NCBI GenBank assembly: GCA_035498355.1
Contig: DATKAG010000541.1
Span: forward strand, 1 to 35,040
Reading direction: 5' to 3'
Length of the DNA: 35,040 nucleotides
Origin: Myxococcales bacterium
GTDB taxonomy: Bacteria; Myxococcota; Myxococcia; Myxococcales; 40CM-4-68-19
Program-made: the position numbers and the translations under genes
Shown here: one piece after another, positions 32,079 to 35,040 of the stretch
Layout: every line of letters begins with the position of its first letter
How positions within the stretch are numbered: the stretch's first letter is position 1
The notes under the pieces: model-generated
Databases searched by the model: none
What the model was told of the DNA's origin: nothing
Seen by the model: the letters and a program-made list of their open reading frames with translations, nothing else

Positions 32079-34076
32079 TCAGGGCTGCGCGCGCGGCCAG
32101 CCGACCGTGAACGTGGTGCCCGAGGCGGCATCCGAGCGCGCGGAGAGGGTCCCTCCGTGCGCCTCGACGATCTGCCGGGCGATGTAGAGGCCGAGCCCCA
32201 GGCCGGAGCCGGCCCGGCCCCCCCGCTCGAAGGCCTCGAAGAGACGGGGCAACAGGTCGGCCGGGATGGGCGGCCCCTGGTTGTGCACCTCGAGGATCAC
32301 CGCCGCCTCCTCCCCCCGCAGCGCCATCCGCACCGGCGACCCGGCTGGGCTGTAGAGGATGGCGTTGGTGAGCAGGTTGGAGATCACCTGCGCGACCCGG
32401 TCCGGGTCGAGGTTCGCCCGGGTGTCTCCCCGGGAGTCGAGCTGCAGGGTCCGCCCGGGGTGGAGAAGCCGCATGTTCTCCATCATCTGCTGGCAGAGGG
32501 GGAGCAGATCGGCCTCGCGCGGCGAGATGGGGACCCCCCGGCCTTGCCGGGTGCGGGTGTAGTCGAGCAGGTCGCGGACCATGCGCTCGATCTGGCTGGC
32601 GCTGTCGCTGATGCGCCGCACCGCGTGCTGGCCCTTCTCCCGGGCTCCGGCGGCGAGATGCCGCTCGAGGAGGTTGGCGGAGGCCATGATTACCGCCAGC
32701 GGATTGCGCACGTCGTGGCTGAGGACGCCCAGCACCCGGTCGCGGAAGGCGAGGGCCGCGCGCAGCTCCGCCTCCTCGGCCAGCCGGGCGGTGATGTCGG
32801 TGTTCACCGCCACCGCTCCGACGATGCGGTCGCCCAGGCGGATGGGCGCGGCGCTGGAGCGCACGGCGATGTCCTCGCCCGTCTGCTGGTGGCGGATCAG
32901 CACCTCCCGCGCCGTCCGCTCGCCCCGCAGGGCCTTCATGTAGACCTGCTCCTCCACCGGCATGGGAGTGCCGTCGATGTAGCGGGTGTCGATCTCCCGC
33001 ACCAGGGCGCCGATGTCCTTGTCCAGATCCTCCGGCCTGGCGTAGCCGAGCATCTCCATCGCCGCCCGGTTGGCCCGCTTGATGCCGGACGCGTCGCCCA
33101 CGTAGATGGCCTCGGGGATGCTGGCCAGCACCGCCTCCAGCTCGGCGGCGCGCTGGGCCACCTCGGCGTCGAGGCGGGCCTGGGCGATGAGCAAGGCCAC
33201 CCGGTTGACCATGGTGCGGAAGAGGAGCTGGTCCTCCTGGGAGAACTCGTGCGAGGAGCGCGAGCCCATCACCGCCACCCCCAGGCAGCTCCTGCCCATC
33301 ATCAGCGGCACCCCGTAGAGGGCCCGGGTGCCAGGGGCGCAGACCGGGGCCCGGGAGATCACGGGGTCCCCCGCGGCGTCGCGGGCCAGAAGCGGGACGC
33401 ACTCGCGGGCGACGCGCCCGACGAATCCTCCCTGGGGAATCTCGATCCCCATCGGCCCCGGCAAGGGGAAACCCACCGCCGCCCGCACCCGCATCCCCCC
33501 GTCGTCGCGCAGGACCAGGGCCACGGTGTCGACCGAGGCGGTGGTCCCGAGGAAGGCGTCGAGGATGCGGGGGAGCAGCGACTCCACGTCGTGGTGCACG
33601 AGGGCGGCGCTGGTGATCCGGTCCAGGGCGCGCAGCGTCCGCTCCCGGGCCTCCGCGTAGCGGACCACCGAGGTGGCGATCGCCTGGTCGATCGCCTCGT
33701 GCAGACGCGGCAGCTCGGCGGAGCGCAGGGCCGGCGCGTGCGTCGCCGCCGCCAGCTCGGTGATGCAGCGGCGGAGGATGGCGTACTCCGCCACCACCTC
33801 GGCCAGGTCGTAGCCCACCTCCAGCCGCTCCAGCGCGTGGATGCGCGGCTGCTCGTCGGGGGCGGAGGCGTCCTCGCCGGTGCGGATCTCCCCCACGTAA
33901 TCGGCCAGCTCCTCCAGGAACTCGGAGAGATGATCGAGCAGGGCGGGACGATCCAGGTTGCGGGCGGCGCGCACCTTGCGCACCTCCGCTTCCCAATGCG
34001 CGAGGATCTCCGCCCTCCGCTCGCGAAGAAAATCGCCGAGCCGGCGCGGTTGCTCGCTGGCTCCGAGGTCGCCCAT
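32079..34076 (-). CDS. Cytoplasmic sensor histidine kinase, RsbRD_N-like - GAF - PAS - HisKA - HATPase_c
   Basis: N-terminal FLRERRAEILAHWEAEV helical module, a GAF-like region (VDTVALVL...YGVPLMMGRSCLGVAVMG), a PAS region (LASIPEAIYVGDASG...), H-box LSHDVRNPLAV, N box NLLTNAILYS, and G box GSGLGLGLYIA. Confidence 0.85.
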   Translation of the reverse strand: MGDLGASEQPRRLGDFLRERRAEILAHWEAEVRKVRAARNLDRPALLDHLSEFLEELADYVGEIRTGEDASAPDEQPRIHALERLEVGYDLAEVVAEYAILRRCITELAAATHAPALRSAELPRLHEAIDQAIATSVVRYAEARERTLRALDRITSAALVHHDVESLLPRILDAFLGTTASVDTVALVLRDDGGMRVRAAVGFPLPGPMGIEIPQGGFVGRVARECVPLLARDAAGDPVISRAPVCAPGTRALYGVPLMMGRSCLGVAVMGSRSSHEFSQEDQLLFRTMVNRVALLIAQARLDAEVAQRAAELEAVLASIPEAIYVGDASGIKRANRAAMEMLGYARPEDLDKDIGALVREIDTRYIDGTPMPVEEQVYMKALRGERTAREVLIRHQQTGEDIAVRSSAAPIRLGDRIVGAVAVNTDITARLAEEAELRAALAFRDRVLGVLSHDVRNPLAVIMASANLLERHLAAGAREKGQHAVRRISDSASQIERMVRDLLDYTRTRQGRGVPISPREADLLPLCQQMMENMRLLHPGRTLQLDSRGDTRANLDPDRVAQVISNLLTNAILYSPAGSPVRMALRGEEAAVILEVHNQGPPIPADLLPRLFEAFERGGRAGSGLGLGLYIARQIVEAHGGTLSARSDAASGTTFTVGWPRAQP

Positions 34077-34179
34077 CGATCGAAAAGCTAGGGTCGAGCC
34101 TCCGCTTGCGCCGCCACCGGCGTCCGCTCGCCCGCCTGCTCGAGGACGGCGAGCGAACGGGCGTAGTAGAGAAGGAGGT

Positions 34180-35031
34180 GTGATCGTCCCCTTGCGCGCG
34201 CTGCTTTTCGCCTCCCACGGGGCCTACCGGGCGCTGGGGTTCCGCTCCCGCTGGATGTTCTCCGGCGGTCGCCGGCTGCACCTGTACGATCGCGAAGGCC
34301 TCGGCAAGGCCTCGCCCATCCTCCTGGTGCACGGGGTGGGTGGGCATGCCGGCGCCTTCCTGCGCATCCTCCGGACGCTCTTGCGCGCTTCCCGGCGGGT
34401 GGTGGCCCTGGAGCTTCCCGGGCATGGGCGATCCCGGCTGGGAGAGGGAGAGGCGCCGGCCACGCTTCAGGAGTGCGCCGGGGCGGTGCAGGAGGCGATG
34501 CGACAGGTGGGCGAGCCCGTGGTGCTGGTGGGAAGCTCGCTGGGCGGGGCGCTGGCGCTCTTCGCCGCCGCCGCCCTTCCGCAGCAGACGGTGGCCGTGA
34601 TCGGCCTCAACCCCGCCGGGGCGCCGCTCGCGGGAGCGGATCGCCAGGCGGTGCTCGAAGCCTACGGCGGGGGAGCGAAAGACGGCCTCGCCACCCTGCG
34701 CAGGCTCTACCAGCGCCCGCCGGCGCTGGGCTGGCTCTTTGCCCGGGACTTCGGCCGCCACCTGGGCTCGCCGCCCGTGCAGCAGTTCGTCTCCGAGCTG
34801 GAGAGCGACGTGCCGGGCCTCACTCCACAGGTCCTCGCCGCCATCGACAAGCCGGTGCTCATCCTCTGGGGAGAGGGCGACCGCATCCTCCCCGGAGGGA
34901 GCGTCGGGTACTTCCGCGCCCACTTGCGCCGCGGGACCGTGGAGACGATCCCCGACTGCGGCCACATGCCCATGATCGAGCAGGGCCGGGTGGTGTCCGC
35001 CCGCCTGGCGCGCTTCCTGGCGGAGCTCTGA
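34180..35031 (+). CDS. Alpha/beta-fold hydrolase
   Basis: Oxyanion block ILLVHGVGGHAG, nucleophile elbow GSSLGG, and late Asp/His (GEGDRILP, CGHMPMIE). Start uncertain: GTG 34180 directly abuts SD GAAGGAGG, while TTG 34192 and ATG 34255 are alternatives. Confidence 0.75.
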   Translation: MIVPLRALLFASHGAYRALGFRSRWMFSGGRRLHLYDREGLGKASPILLVHGVGGHAGAFLRILRTLLRASRRVVALELPGHGRSRLGEGEAPATLQECAGAVQEAMRQVGEPVVLVGSSLGGALALFAAAALPQQTVAVIGLNPAGAPLAGADRQAVLEAYGGGAKDGLATLRRLYQRPPALGWLFARDFGRHLGSPPVQQFVSELESDVPGLTPQVLAAIDKPVLILWGEGDRILPGGSVGYFRAHLRRGTVETIPDCGHMPMIEQGRVVSARLARFLAEL

Positions 35032-35040
35032 TGTACCGGC

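Noticed and set aside
32063-32131. Longer DedA start at ATG 32131
   Set aside because: It would overlap the upstream kinase gene by 53 nt and add an Arg/Pro-rich 23-aa extension. The GTG at 32062 starts right at the conserved hydrophobic N-terminus. It is not excluded, because the GTG has poor SD spacing.
35031-35040. ATG overlapping the hydrolase stop (TGATG) that may begin a further gene
   Set aside because: Only 10 nt are inside the window, so nothing can be said about a product.
1-35040. Searched for CRISPR arrays, IS/transposase or integrase genes, phage or defence-system genes, tRNA/rRNA genes, and long direct or inverted DNA repeats
   Set aside because: I saw no regularly spaced repeats, no recognisable recombinase or nuclease/defence families in any credible ORF, and no tRNA-like or rRNA-like segments. 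The only inverted duplication is the diverged activator paralog pair, which is similar at protein level and diverged at DNA level, not a recent mobile repeat.

Overview
Very GC-rich bacterial chromosome segment (by eye above 70% GC, third codon positions nearly saturated). Gene content and several protein signatures point to an Anaeromyxobacter-like myxobacterium. Left half: a complete membrane-bound Hyb-type (group 1) [NiFe]-hydrogenase locus. It runs hypF, then hybO-hybA-hybB-hybC-hybD, then hypC-hypD-hypE-(crotonase-fold gene)-hypA-(second, histidine-free endopeptidase paralog)-hypB, mostly joined by 1-4 nt stop/start overlaps. Middle: a DksA/TraR zinc-finger gene, a divergent hemY/hemN heme pair, and a pyruvate phosphate dikinase whose frame runs without a stop codon into a universal-stress-protein (USP) domain. 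Right half is a dense sensory island. It holds two NtrC-type sigma-54 activators (about three-quarters identical by eye) on opposite strands, flanking a small cytochrome c, an untracked 36-aa membrane sORF, a second USP and a hemerythrin-like protein. Next comes a three-gene overlapping relay: globin-coupled histidine kinase, two-receiver response regulator, receiver-fused kinase. Then a CBS-pair protein, a PilZ-like protein, glgX, a DedA protein, an RsbRD_N-GAF-PAS kinase and an alpha/beta hydrolase. Signals not explained by the genes: (i) a 13-bp palindrome CGCAA-N3-TTGCG occurs perfectly four times, always promoter-proximal (hypF, hypC, hemY/hemN, USP/hemerythrin), with 8-9/10 variants before other operons. 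(ii) There are about eight GG-N10-GC sigma-54-type promoter candidates in roughly 2.4 kb of intergenic DNA. (iii) The hyp operon carries atypical accessory genes. No rRNA, tRNA, CRISPR array, transposase or integrase was recognised.
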